In this document: positions 12,640 through 24,426 of the stretch, one piece after another
How the letters are laid out: the number at the start of each line of letters is the position of its first letter
How positions within the stretch are numbered: position 1 is the first letter of the stretch
Source: Anolis carolinensis
Taxonomy: Eukaryota
Direction: 5' to 3'
DNA: 64,000 bases
Assembly: GCF_035594765.1 (NCBI RefSeq)
Contig: NC_085843.1
Coordinates: 11,051,955-11,115,954, forward strand
The notes under the pieces: generated by a model
What the model was told of the DNA's origin: nothing
What the model saw: only the letters and a program-made list of their open reading frames with translations
Database searches by the model: none
Made by a program: the position numbers and the translations under genes

Positions 12640-13308
12640 GCCAGTATCAAAATGTATTCTGAAGGCACCCACCTTCCAGTGACCTTGTCTGCATAATCCC
12701 TTGGGAAGAGGGGGCTTGGCCAGATCCCTCTGGCTATTTCCCAAGTCAGACAACTACCAGGCTCATTGTGTGTGTGTGTAAAGATAAATGATCCTCTTTA
12801 TCAGCCAGATAAGTTCAGGATGTTTGCTCATTTAATGTGAGGTTGAGAGTCTGTCACTCCCACAGAAACAGGGTCTTAGAAAATGTCCATACACTAACCT
12901 TTCTTTACTGTCAGCCTTAAAGTGGAAGTTTGAGTCAATCAAAAACTCATCAGCATATCTTTACTATTGTTTCCTCACAAACTGCACCCTCTCACCAGCC
13001 AATCCTCAAGCTGCCATTCTCCTTGCCACAGGAATTCCTGCCTGGAGATGGTGACATCAATGGAGTTCTCAGCCAATTCCGGCATGGATCCTGACCAGCA
13101 TCTTTTCCAGCCAATCAAGTGAGGAGGTTCCAATAGCTATCGGAACTGTATAAGATGTCTTGCACTTTTCTGTATGTGTATGCTTTTACTTTTTGAAGCA
13201 ATTTGGTTGCGCTTGCATCCCTTTTGGCTGAATCTTATTAAACCTAGTGGCTTGTCTTCAACCTGATGAGTTTGTTTCTCTGTGCTGGCCTATCTGGTTT
13301 AGCTTACA
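12640..13308 (+). mobile_element. Possible solo LTR interrupting an RTE-like 3' fragment
   Basis: CCAAT boxes, TATAAGA (about 13149), ATTAAA (about 13237) and a ...cttaCA end. The left boundary and TSD are unresolved. Confidence 0.35.
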
Positions 13309-13627
13309 ATTGCCAGGAATGGACTCTTTAACCGTGGTCCTAGCTGAAGTCACTACAGTAAGACATTGTATGCATATCTATTGCCAGATATTAAAATGTG
13401 TAAGCCAAATGTAAGATGAGAATTAGAGTTAGATTGTCAGAATAGCTGAAGGGATCTTCTATGCACCTGGGCTGATAAGCAGTTGAAAATTTGGGAGGAG
13501 GGAGCTGAGAGTGATGTTATCAAGGTCATTTTCCAAGGAAGACAATGTGAATACCATGATAGAATGTTTAGATGAATATAGGCACATGTAATGGTAGGAA
13601 TGATATTAACCAATGAACATAATACTG

Positions 13628-13830
13628 GGTCATTGTATGTTTTCTGGGCTGTATGGCCATGTTCCAGAAGTATTCTCTCCTGACATTTCGCCCACATCTA
13701 CGGCAGGCATCCTCAGAGGTTGTGAGGTGAGCGAAACATCAGGAGAGAATTCTCCGGGAACATGGCCATACAGCCCGGAAAACACACAACAACTCTGTGA
13801 TTCCAGCCATGAAAGCCTTCAACAACACAT
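13628..13830 (+). mobile_element. Penelope-like element terminal fragment with inverted arms
   Basis: Fold-back arms plus the tail gtgattccagccatgaaagccttcaacaacacat. 14-bp TSD tgaacataatactg (13614-13627, 13831-13844). Confidence 0.85.
13679..13719 (-). ncRNA. Minimal type I hammerhead ribozyme motif (PLE type)
   Basis: Minus strand reads CCU CUGAGGA U GCCUGC CGUAGAU GUGGGC GAAA U GUC AGG, with a GUC triplet and CCU/AGG stem I. Confidence 0.7.
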
Positions 13831-14524
13831 TGAACATAATACTGCACACTTTTGAAATATACTGCCTTTATAAAGATGCGTACCCGGTGCTACCTTTTAG
13901 TCCTGATGAATAGCATGTAGTTTTGCTTTTGCTCCTTTTTCAATAAACTTATCTTTTTGTTTGAAAGTAAGAATTTTATTTGAAAGACAGGGTAGGTCTA
14001 CATCTAATATCACAAAGGCTGTTAATACCAGCTATCAAGAAGGCTATCATCACCATGCAACTCATGGAGCTATGTGATGGTTGTGCTTCACCACCCTTCT
14101 GCTGGAAACCAACTGATGATGAATCTGCAGTGTGCCTTCTTCTAGCCCCATGGCACAGTGGAGAGTGGACTGTAATTGCTTCCACAGTCCCAGGGAATCA
14201 AGTGGTACATCAAAAGTTCTAATGATGCTTAATAGAATGCAATGCCTTGGCAGGTTTAACTTTCCATCCTATCAACCATCTTTTAATTTTTTGCATCAAC
14301 ATAATCCCATGAAAAGTTTTAAAGAACTCAAAATTTTACATGCTATGCTACCTCTCAGATTCATGTTCTGTCTGTTGTTATTGACCAGAGTTTTGGACCA
14401 TCAATTATTTGGATTCTATTCAAGAATACAGGGATCTCTGAGATATACTCCTATGATTTGGCATATTCTAAGTAGTATCAGCTTTTGTGCCACTATGATG
14501 CTATCTATGGTGATTTCGTTCAAA

Positions 14525-14800
14525 TCACAGAATCAGAGTTGAAAGGGGTCCCATGGTTTGACTCACTTTTCAGTGCAAGATCATCAACAGTGGGTATCTA
14601 TCCAGTGCCTTTTTGGAGACATCCAAAGGAGACCCCAACACCATTCTAAGGAAGTGGTTCCACTGCTGAACCACTCTCATTGTCAAGAAATTCCTTCTAA
14701 TGCTCAATAGAAATCTGCACTACTGTAATGTAAAACGTAGTTCTATTCCTAGAGACAGCAGAGAACAACATTGGGATCTCTTCTTTGTGGTAACCTTTGA
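14525..14800 (-). mobile_element. Degraded CR1 3' fragment
   Basis: aatcacagaatcagagttgaaaggg...gttccactgctgaaccactctcattgtcaagaaattcctt matches the CR1 3' end. Confidence 0.7.
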
Positions 14801-14809
14801 GGAGTTTAA

Positions 14810-15250
14810 AATGTTTAAAAATCCATTTGGAGTTGCTCCCAGATCACCTATCAAAACTAGAATTCTTTTTATTCCAAAGTACAGAATCTTAGGTTGTAGA
14901 TCTCAGTATTTCATGATCTTTTCTCTTTTTGAATCTTTGGGTCTTTTGTCCCCAGAATTGCCACACCTGTAATCCAAGGTTCCCTTTTCTCAACCCAAGG
15001 TATATTTGGAATATTATGTTATAATTCTGTGTTTCTTGGTTTGCATATTCAGTTCCCATTGGATCTTTATGTCACTATGTTCAGCGACTGTTTCAGGCTT
15101 ATGTTCCCACTCATCCTTTGTGGATGGAAACCCATATTTTTGATATAGATTCCACTGTATCTTAACAGTTACTTTATCATGGTATTTCTTATATTCCGTT
15201 TGCACAAATGTGTTTCTTTCACTGGAATATAGTTAACAGTTTCATCTTTT
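14810..15250 (-). mobile_element. Old R4/Dong LINE fragment (C-terminal endonuclease region)
   Basis: ORF 15014-15205 (YKKYHDKVTVKIQWNLYQKY...WEHKPETVAEHSDIKIQWE) aligns by eye to the young copy at 34754-35017 (YKQRHNYVAQMIHWNL...WDHKPAKGLENEHAKILWD). Confidence 0.75.
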
Positions 15251-16249
15251 TCAAGTTGAATGAAACTAGGGACATGAATTCTTAGGAGGGAAAACCTCAT
15301 TAAAACTATTTTGTACCTACAGTACTGTTATTATATTAAATATGATCATTTTAGGAGAAATTCTACTTAACTGTAGATAAGCAGATAATATCATATGGCT
15401 ACCAAATACAGGAAGATGTAGAACAACTATCGAGGAAAATTAAGGAATTAAAATCAAAAACAAGATTTGCAAGACGTATGCAAAGCTGTTAATACCAGGA
15501 TATTTTCAAAAGTTCTTATTCATAAGGTTCTCATACATTGAAGACAACTTGACAGGAGTTAACAAAGTTATTTTTAAATCTGCAAAGTGTGTAAATTTTG
15601 CCTCCCCCTCTATTTTTCTAAATATTTTACCAACCTTATGCAAAATTAAACAAAACATTTTGAAGTGGCTTCAAAAATTCCAGAAATGTTATATCTTTAG
15701 GCAAAAAAGCAAGTATGGCCTTTTGCATTTCCAACTGTTTGTTTATTTCCCAGAAGGAAGCTGTTATTTATCTCCAGCATTTCTTGCTGGTCTTTTTCAT
15801 CAGCTTCTTTGATAAATCTTTGGGGACACTGCATGATCAAATGTTACTATATAAAAACCTTTCTACATATCTATAAACCAGATTACATTGCATGAGAAAA
15901 TCATTACACATCCAACTGGAAAAAAAGAGCCAGCATTTAAAATCAAAACCTCACAAATCTGTAGCTCTGTGTGTGCCCAGGTTGGCTGGGAGATTGTGGT
16001 AATTTAATTTTTAAAATGCAACTTTTCCATGATTTGACTGAGAGCATAGAAGTAAGTGATGGAGAAGATCTGTCAGGTTTTTCTTCTTGACTTGTAGTTT
16101 TTTTAAAAAATCTGAAAATTAAGAAAGTTTTCAAATGCAGAAGGAAATTCTTCCCTATGGGCATTGATATAATTCATTGGGTTAAGGATTCCCACTATGG
16201 AGAAAGTATATGTAGGGCTTAACGATATAAAAATTTTTAACAAATAATA

Positions 16250-16564
16250 CAGTAGAGTCTCCCTTATCCAAGCTAAACAGGCCAACAGAAGCTTGGATAA
16301 ACGAATATCTTGGATAATAAGGAGGGATTAAGGAAAAGCCTATTAAACATCAAATTAGGTTATGATTTTACAAATTAAGCACCAAAACTTCATGTTATAC
16401 AACAAATTTGACAGAAAAAGCAGTTCAATACGCAGTAATGTTATGTTGTAATTTACAAATTTAGCACCAAAATATCACGATATATTGAAAACATTGACTA
16501 CAAAAATGGCTTGGATTATCCAGAGGCTTGGATAAGTGAGGCTTGGATTTGTGAGACTCTACTG
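16250..16564. mobile_element. Tigger/mariner-like MITE
   Basis: TIRs cagtagagtctc / gagactctactg with a TA TSD. Paralogous to 8677-8996. Confidence 0.9.
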
Positions 16565-16716
16565 TAGTAGCAACTAAGTTCAGTGCAAAAAAAATCATAT
16601 AATATCAAGGGACTCAAAGTCATAATTAGTAAAAACCATAGGCTTTAGATGTATTAATCTCTTAGTTTGATTACTGCCTAATTCAAGTGCTTATTATTCT
16701 TAACAAAACAAAATTA

Positions 16717-17369
16717 CTGTATATACTCGAGTATGAGTCTAGTTTTTCAGCCCTTTTTTTTAAGACTGAAAAAGCCCCCCTCGGCTTATACTTGGGTGAG
16801 GGTCCTGGTTGGCTTATATTTGGGTCAGCTTATACTTGAGAATATACGGTACATTTATTATTTTTCTCTATTATTATTGGTATTATTACATTTATTATTT
16901 TTCTCTATTATTGTTGCTACTATTACATTACTTTACTCTATTTTTATTATTATTATAATTAATACATTTATTATTTCACTCTGATCTTATTATTATATTT
17001 ATTATTTTACTCTATTTATTACTACATGTATTATTTCCCATTATGATTATGATTATTATTATTTATTATTACATGTATTTTTTACTCTATTATTATTAAA
17101 AGGATACATAAGCACATTGACATTGAAGAAGATGAGAATAATGATTTGATCAGAGTTGGACAACCTTATCTTAAATTAGAGCTTTATGTAAATATTCAAA
17201 AACATTTAACCTACTGATGCTTCAATTAATGTACTTTTTGGTATCTATTTTTATTTCTGAAATTTACTACTCTCGGCTTATACTGGAGTCAATGTTTTCC
17301 CAGTTTTTTTGTGGTAAAATTAGGTGCCTTGGCTTATATTCAGGCCGGCTTATACTCGAGTATATACGG
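16717..17369. mobile_element. Tc1/mariner-like MITE with an AT-rich low-complexity interior
   Basis: TIRs ctgtatatactcgagtat / atactcgagtatatacgg with a TA TSD. Confidence 0.85.
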
Positions 17370-17998
17370 TAATTGATTCTAGAGTTGTGCACGGAACCCA
17401 TTTTCCTTCATCATATTCGTTCTTTCGTTACTTTCATTCATTCAGGAGCACATAAAGGGGGAGCCCTCTCCTTGCAAGAAAATCAGTTTGACACGAAAGC
17501 AATCAGGAGCCGATCCCGTCTCCTCGCCTGCTTTTTGTGAGCAGCTTCCTTGCCTTGAAGTGTGAGTGTGTGGCATGCAGCCTGACTGCAGTTGAGTGCC
17601 TCCTCTAGAGTAAGAAACAGAACTTGTCTCCTTGCCTTGGAGAGTGCGTGTGCGGCATGTGGTGAGTGCCTCTCCTCTAGAGAAACAAGTAAGAAGCCTC
17701 CTTAAAGTGCCCACCAGTGCCTGCAGCTGAGCGCCTCTCCTCTAAAGTAGAAACTGCTTAAATGCCTATGACAGGAAGGGGAGCCTGGGAAGCCCCCCCC
17801 CCAAATAATGAGCCGATAGAAAATGGATCTTTCAGTATCCCAGAGCAAAAACAGATATCTGTCCTCCCAATTTCAGGAGGCTCCCAAAAATGGATTGGAG
17901 TCCCCACTGAAAGCCAGGACATGAAATGGATCAAGGTTTACCCTGAAAACACAACCCTAATTGATTCTAATATGTTCTTACCAAAGATCTTAATTTTT

Positions 17999-18665
17999 AT
18001 AGAATCACAGAATAGTAGAGTTGGAAGAGACCTCATGGGCCATCCAGTCCAACCCCCTGCCAAGAAGAGGAAATCGCATTCAAAGCACCCCTGACAGATG
18101 GCCATCCAGCCTCTGTTTAAAAGCCTCCAAAGAAGGAGCCTCCACCACAGTCCGGGGGAGAGAGTTCCACTGCTGAACAGCTCTCACAGTGAGGAAGTTC
18201 TTCCTGATGTTCAGGTGGAATCTCCTTTCCTGTAGTTTGAAGCCATTGTTCCATTGCGTCCTAGTCTGTAGGGCAGCAGAAAACAAGCTTGCTCCCTCCT
18301 CCTTATGACTTCCCCTCACATATTTGTACATGGCTATCATGTCTCCTCTTAGCCTTCTCTTCTGCAGACTAAACATGCCCAGCTCCTCATAGGGCTTGTT
18401 CTCCAGACCTTTGATCATTTTAGTTGCCCTCCTCTGGACGCTTTCCAGCTTGTCAACATCTCCCTTCAACTGTGGTGCCCAAAATTGGACACAGTATTCC
18501 AGGTGTGGTCTGACCAAGGCAGAATAGAGGGGGAGCATAACTTCCCTGGATCTAGACGCTATTCCCCTATTGATGCAGGCCAGAATCCCATTGGCTTTTT
18601 TAGCTGCCGCATCACATTGCTGGCTCATGTTTAACTTGTTGTCCACAAGGACTCCAAGATCTTTT
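17999..18665 (-). mobile_element. Young 5'-truncated CR1 LINE (ORF2 C-terminus and 3' UTR)
   Basis: ORF 18080-18646 reads ...[19 protein letters not shown]...[16 protein letters not shown]...[15 protein letters not shown]. The 3' end is (attct..)n-type. Confidence 0.95.
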
Positions 18666-19347
18666 TATCCCTAATGAAAGCTGATAGACATCTAGAATGT
18701 AGTGAAATTAATACTGGGCAACACTTCATGACACTTAAGAAACATTAACCATTTTTGAATATTTTTACATTCTTCTGAAATGGGAAGACCAAGGTTTAAA
18801 TCCTAATAAATCTGGTCATCATTGCAGGGTGTGAGTTTTGCTTTTCGTGCAAAGCCTAGGCTAATTTGGACAAAATGAAGCTTACATTTCCTTTGTTAAT
18901 GACAATCTTCTTTTCCCCTTCTGTTACTTTACACCATCTTTACACCAACTGTTACTATAATAAATTCCCAGGAAATTTCTGGGGACGTAAATGGCTTCAC
19001 CAAAATTGTACTGATGCTGGGGTCTTAAGACAACAAGTAACATTTTTACATGCTAAATCATGTGCTTTACATGAAATGTTTCTCCTTATGAGCATTAGTT
19101 ACTTTTGGTATTATGTATATTGAAATAAGACATGCATCGCTAAAATTTTGTTAATTGTTGGAATGTAATAAAATTAAAAATTAAAAAAACAAAAACAAAA
19201 CAAAAACAAAAACAAAATGTACCTGTAAATTGGGCATGTGACTCTTAGACAACCCCTCATTATATTGGAAAGCTCCAACATCACTAGGAATTCTTCAAGG
19301 GGAAATGGAGTCCTGAATCCTTATTACCCAAGGTTGAACTCTTACTA

Positions 19348-19729
19348 CCGTGTTTCCCCAAAAATAAGACAGTGTCTTATATTAATTTTTGCTCCCAAAG
19401 ATGTGCTAGGTCTTATTTTCAGCGGATGTCTTATTTTTCCATGAAGAAGAATTCACATTTATTGTTGAACAAAAAAATGAACATTGATTATATACTGTAC
19501 AGTAGTTGTCATCACAAACCAGCACAACCAGACAAACTGTGAATCCTATCAAGAATTTCTTATTACTACCATTATTTCCATGTACATTTACCAATCCCGC
19601 ATGCTCTGGTGTTCTGTTCGGCAGGCATGCTTCCAAACAAAAACTTTGCCAGGTCTTACTTTCAGGGGAGGCCTTATATTTAGCAATTCAGCAAAACCTC
19701 TACTAGGTCTTATTTTCAGGGAAACAGGG
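19348..19729. mobile_element. Tc1/mariner-like MITE
   Basis: TIRs ccgtgtttccccaaaaataagac / gtcttattttcagggaaacaggg with a TA TSD. Confidence 0.85.
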
Positions 19730-19744
19730 TATGCCCCCAAAAGA

Positions 19745-19786
19745 TGTCCAAGTCCCCACGGGGAGATGGTGGTGGGGTATAAATAA

Positions 19787-19838
<52 letters not shown>
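19745..19838 (+). repeat. Extreme 3' tail of an L2-type element with a (TTA)n microsatellite
   Basis: agtccccacgggagatggtggtggggtataaataaa followed by (tta)n. Confidence 0.7.
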
Positions 19839-19839
<1 letters not shown>

Positions 19840-20934
19840 GTGGGCAGAACCCTGCCACCTTGAACATGTTTTCTGTTTTAGCTTCTAAGAAATCACCATT
19901 TTTTTAAAAAAAAAAAAATCTCCATATCCCTATCATTGGAAAATGCTTCCTGCAAAACAACGTTTAGTTAAAAAGTGATCAGAGGAATACTGTGAGAGCT
20001 AAGGAAAGGGAATCCCCTAACTGTACATTTACACATCTGGGGGCTATCACTTCGTAGACACAAAATTGTAGCCAAAGATACTACCCTGATGCTAAACAAA
20101 CAAACATCTGCCAGGGTGGGAAGAAACATTGGACCATGAATGGGTTCCCTAGAGATTGCCAAAATGAGATTGCCAAAATGCAGCTATGTTACAAATCTGG
20201 TGCTCCGTAGTCAGATGTAATTTGTGCTGGGAGTGCTCGAACTGAGTCCTAAGGGAGATCTTTTAGAAGTTTGATGTTTAGTAAGGTTTAATTCTGCTGA
20301 GATGCATATCCTCATAAAGCAACAACAGCGTTGCAACTGCTGAGCAAATTATTCCTATTAATACCACTTATTTCTGCAATGCTACTGATATTTGTGGTGT
20401 TTTGTAAAAGGTAACATGAATCAAAGTGGAGTTGGAAGTTACATTTTCAGGCTTTGGTCATAAGAGAGGTCTTTGTGACAAGTTCGGGAAGTCCCTGCTT
20501 ATCTGATGGGTTAAGGACCACAGCACTGTCTGAAAGTAGAATTCAACCAAATCTATAGGTAATATGAAGAAATTACATATTTATGTAATAAATATGAGGA
20601 AATTATGGGGGATTGGGGTTGCCTGTGTATTTATGTATGCTGCCTGCAAAAAAAACAAATGTCTTGGTACCTCCTCGCCCCCACCCCTCCAGTTTATGAG
20701 CATGGCAGTCATTCACGAGCAAGGCCAAGGAAAGAAGACCTGATGAAAGAGCAGATTCTCTCACTGGAACTTGTCTGTTCATTGCAAGTGTCAAAACAGT
20801 AAGTTGTTGGAAAGCAAGATGTTGAAAGGTGAGGAAAATTTGTTATGAAATCCCATCTCTTAATGTGGAAATACTTTCGGCCAGGTCTCCATATTTCTTT
20901 CCCTGTTTTCGGCGTTCAAACATTATAGCTTTGC

Positions 20935-21620
20935 TTGTGTATTCCTACATGGCAGGGAGTTGAACTGGATATCCCTTGTAGTTTCTTCAAACTCTATGAT
21001 AGAATCATAGAGTTTGAAAAAACCACAAGGGCCCTCCAATCTGCCAGGCAGGAAGACACAACCAAATCCCTCCCAATAGGTGACCCTGCAACCTCTGTTG
21101 AAAAGCTCCAGAGAAGGAGATTGCACTGGACTCCCAGGCAGCATGTTCCACTGTTGAACAACTTTTATTATCAGGAATTTGTTTCTAATGTGGTAGAGGC
21201 TCCTTCTTTGGAGGCTTTTAAACAGAGACTGGATGACCATTTATCGGAGGTGCTTTAAATGAGATTTTCCTGCTTATTGGTTGGACTGGATGGCCCACAA
21301 GGTCTCTTCCAACTCCTGGATTCCATGATTCTATGAGTGTTTAGGTTGAATCTCTTTTACTTCATTGCTCTGTGTCCTTATCTTTAGAGCAGCAAAATTA
21401 AGTTTGCCTCCACCTCAGTACAAATATTTAAGGATAACTACCATGCCTTCCCTCAACCTTCTCTTCTATAAGCTAAACATTTCCCAAGCCACTCCTCATA
21501 GAGATTCATAGCTCCTGGACTTTGGACCACTTCTCTAGACACATTCCAGCTTGTCAATATCCTTGTTGCCCAGAACGGGACATAGTATTCTGACCAATAG
21601 AGAATAGAGTGGTACAATTA
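20935..21620. mobile_element. Cluster of CR1 3' fragments: + at 20935-21000, - at 21001-21620, and a younger + insert at 21189-21335
   Basis: CR1 3' UTR motifs occur in both orientations. The insert encodes [22 protein letters not shown]. Confidence 0.8.
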
Positions 21621-22045
21621 ATAGTTAACAGTTTTTTCTCCTTACTTCCCATTTTCCCCTATTTACAGAGTTGTAATCCAAAGGCAATAGAATACCCCCT
21701 GAGCAGCATGGGCAGAAATGTGTGTGTGTATGCCAGTCCCCTTGGATACAGTTGCTCTTCAGGGATAAATAGGTGGCAAGAAATTTGTGATGCAAGAAAT
21801 TTGTAATCCATGGACTAGCTGTTTCAATTCTGCTACAAGGATCTGGTGCTTAAAATGCTATAATGCTGTTGACCTAGGGGCATTGTCATTAAACAAAGAA
21901 AGTTATCAAACCAATAACCAGCTAGCTATTTTTAAAAGGTAGGCATTTAAGTTAATCAATAAATAAGAGATGCAGGTTAAAGGATAGCAAAAGAAGTGGG
22001 CCAGTGTGTCACTTTTTTAGTTGACTAAGATAGGTTAGTCTAGAC

Positions 22046-22180
22046 CAGTGGTTCCCAACCTGGGGTCCCCCGATAATTTTGGCCTACAACTCCCAGAAAT
22101 CCCAGCCAGTTTACCAGCTGTTAGGATTTCTGCGAGTTGAAGATCAAAAACATCTGGGGGGCCCAGGCTAAGAACCACTG
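22046..22180. mobile_element. hAT-family MITE
   Basis: TIRs cagtggttcccaacctggg / cccaggctaagaaccactg. 8-bp TSD gtctagac / gtctagag. Related to 8108-8233. Confidence 0.9.
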
Positions 22181-22294
22181 GTCTAGAGAAGTGGTGGCAA
22201 ACCCCCTCTCTCCTGGCACATGTACCATGCCCCTTCCCCTGGTCAGGAACCTATACTGGGAATCCCTGCCAAATCAGCCGCTCACCAGTCACAA

Positions 22295-23346
22295 TGTCAG
22301 TTAGCCCAGGGTCATACACATTAATCAATTCAGGAGAGGCAAAGTACAGAAATAGTCAGAATTCAGTCCAGGGTTCAAGCCAAACAGTATCAACAAATCC
22401 AGACCCTCTTCCAAAGTGTATTCAAATCCAGCAAGAGTCAAGGGAGATGTTGACAAGCTGGAAAGCATCCAGAGGAAGGCGACTAAAATGATCAAGGGTC
22501 TGGAGAACAAGCCCTATGAGGAGCAGCTTAAAGAACTAGGCATGTTTAGCCTGCAGAAGAGAAGGCTGAGAGGAGACATGATTACTATGTACAAATATGT
22601 GACGGGAAGTCATAGGGAGGAGGGAGCAAGCTTTTTTTCTGCTGCCCTGCAGACTAGGACGCGGAATAATGGCTTCAAACTACAGGAAAGGAGATTCCAT
22701 CTGAACATCAGGAAGAATTTCCTCACTGTGAGAGCTGTTCGACAGTGGAACTCTCTCTCTCTCCCGGACTGTGGTGGAGGCTCCTTCTTTGGAGGCTTTT
22801 AAGCACAGGCTGGATGGCCATCTGTCGGGGGTGCTTTGAATGCAATTTCCTGCTTCTTGGCAGGAGGTTGGACTTGATGGCCCATGAGGTCTCTTCCAAC
22901 TCTACGATTCTCTGATTCTAAGGTTCAAGGCAAGTATAGTCAATCCAACAAGAGTAGAAGTTCAAGGCAAGTGTAGTCAATCCAACGAGAGTCAAGGCAA
23001 GAGTTCCACCATCAGGGATTCCGCCTGTGTAGTTGAACAAAAATTGATCCCAGCACAGAACCAGCCCAGACTTTAGCTCTTTATGCCACTTCTCCAAGTG
23101 CTCTCACCCGTTGGCTCTATGCTGAACCAACCAATGAGATCTTCTCAACTGAATGCTCTCAATCCTCAACTGCCGTCGAGTTGTGATGCTTAACTCTTCC
23201 ACTGAGAGTTCCTGATCTTGCCTTGACTCGCCCTCTTTATTCTACAGATAGTATTTCCAGGATCAGGTTGCTGCTCCAACTCTGCTGCAGACTCAGATGC
23301 CGTGCAGAGAGGCCCTTCATTGTCATCGTCAGCACTTAGCCTGACA
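22295..23346 (-). mobile_element. Probable Gypsy-type solo LTR interrupted by a CR1
   Basis: TGTCAG...CTGACA termini and an internal ~37-bp tandem unit (gttcaaggcaagtatagtcaatccaacaagagt). No TSD is visible and the orientation is tentative. Confidence 0.5.
22441..22920 (+). mobile_element. Young 5'-truncated CR1 LINE
   Basis: Encodes [47 protein letters not shown]... and is near-identical to 17999-18470 in the opposite orientation. Confidence 0.95.
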
Positions 23347-24034
23347 CCCCCACTCTCTCGTTAATCCACTTGCCCCTCTGCTTGCTTGTCTCCCAATTCG
23401 AATGTTCTTTGTCATTGGAACATTTGCTATCTACCAACACTGTGATGTTCCTTAGCCACATTAATCCTCATGTTGAGGGTTGACCAGCCCTTAAAACCAG
23501 AACTTCTTCCTTCCACATCATCCTCTTCTTTGCTATTAAATATCACCTAAAATGTCTTTACTCTTGTGCTACTTTTATGATATTTATTTCCTCCCATTAT
23601 ACTGTATATCATTTCCATATTCCTTATACCATCAATCACAACAATTGTAATAAAAACTCCATACAATCCCATGTCTTAAACTACGGGAAGGGAGTATAGG
23701 AACAGCAGCCAATTCAAAATCAAAACCATAAGGTAATAAAAGGAGGCAAAAAGCAATTGAGATAGGAAGTCTCAAATGTAAAAGAATTAAATCTTTTCCT
23801 TTCACTGGAAGACCAATGGAAAGGATGCTTTGATGGACCCTCATGGGCAGGAAGTTTAAGCCTCCTCTGTTTGCACCAGTTCCATATTAGGAGTCTCACC
23901 AATTTCTCTATTCTCACCAATCTCTTGGTGGGATCCAGACCAGACCTTCTCCCACAGATAGATGGGTAGATGGCCTATCTTCAAATAGCAAGAGTTTTAA
24001 TTATTAGGTGATCTATCACTGATTTTTTAAAAAT

Positions 24035-24426
24035 ACAGCATGATCGCCATATTCACAGGGAAAACGTTCCTGGATTTAGTGTGAAAATGTGAAACAGCAG
24101 ATTAAAGTGAACCTGACTGAAATTAAGGACTTCTGAAGGAAACATGACTGGAGAAACATTTCTAGTATTTCAAAATCCTTCAACACAGCTCTATGGTCAA
24201 ATTTGTCAGTGTATACCATTGAATCATCCTGAAGGATCTAGAAAATGCCTAGAAGGAACACAAATCACCTCTGTAGTATTTTTAGGTCCTCTAATGCAGC
24301 TCTATGGTTAACCTTTAGTGGAAGTATACCACAGAATCACACTGAAGACCTGAAAAACACATTTTTTCGGGTGCAGGTAAGTAAAATCATGGATACTGGT
24401 CCCTAGGATATGGGGGTTGTATTGTA
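24035..24426. mobile_element. Old Tigger-like MITE with an internal ~120-bp duplication
   Basis: tacagcatgatcgccatattc start and ggatatgggggttgtattgta end; repeated unit cagctctatggt.aa...gtatacca. Confidence 0.5.

Noticed and set aside
18080-18646. 188-aa ORF as a possible domesticated gene
   Set aside because: It is the ORF2 C-terminus of a 5'-truncated young CR1 lacking the reverse-transcriptase core, and is near-identical to another copy in the window.
22921-23005. Short direct repeats that could be mistaken for a CRISPR-like array
   Set aside because: Tandem units without unique spacers, inside an LTR-like element in eukaryotic DNA.
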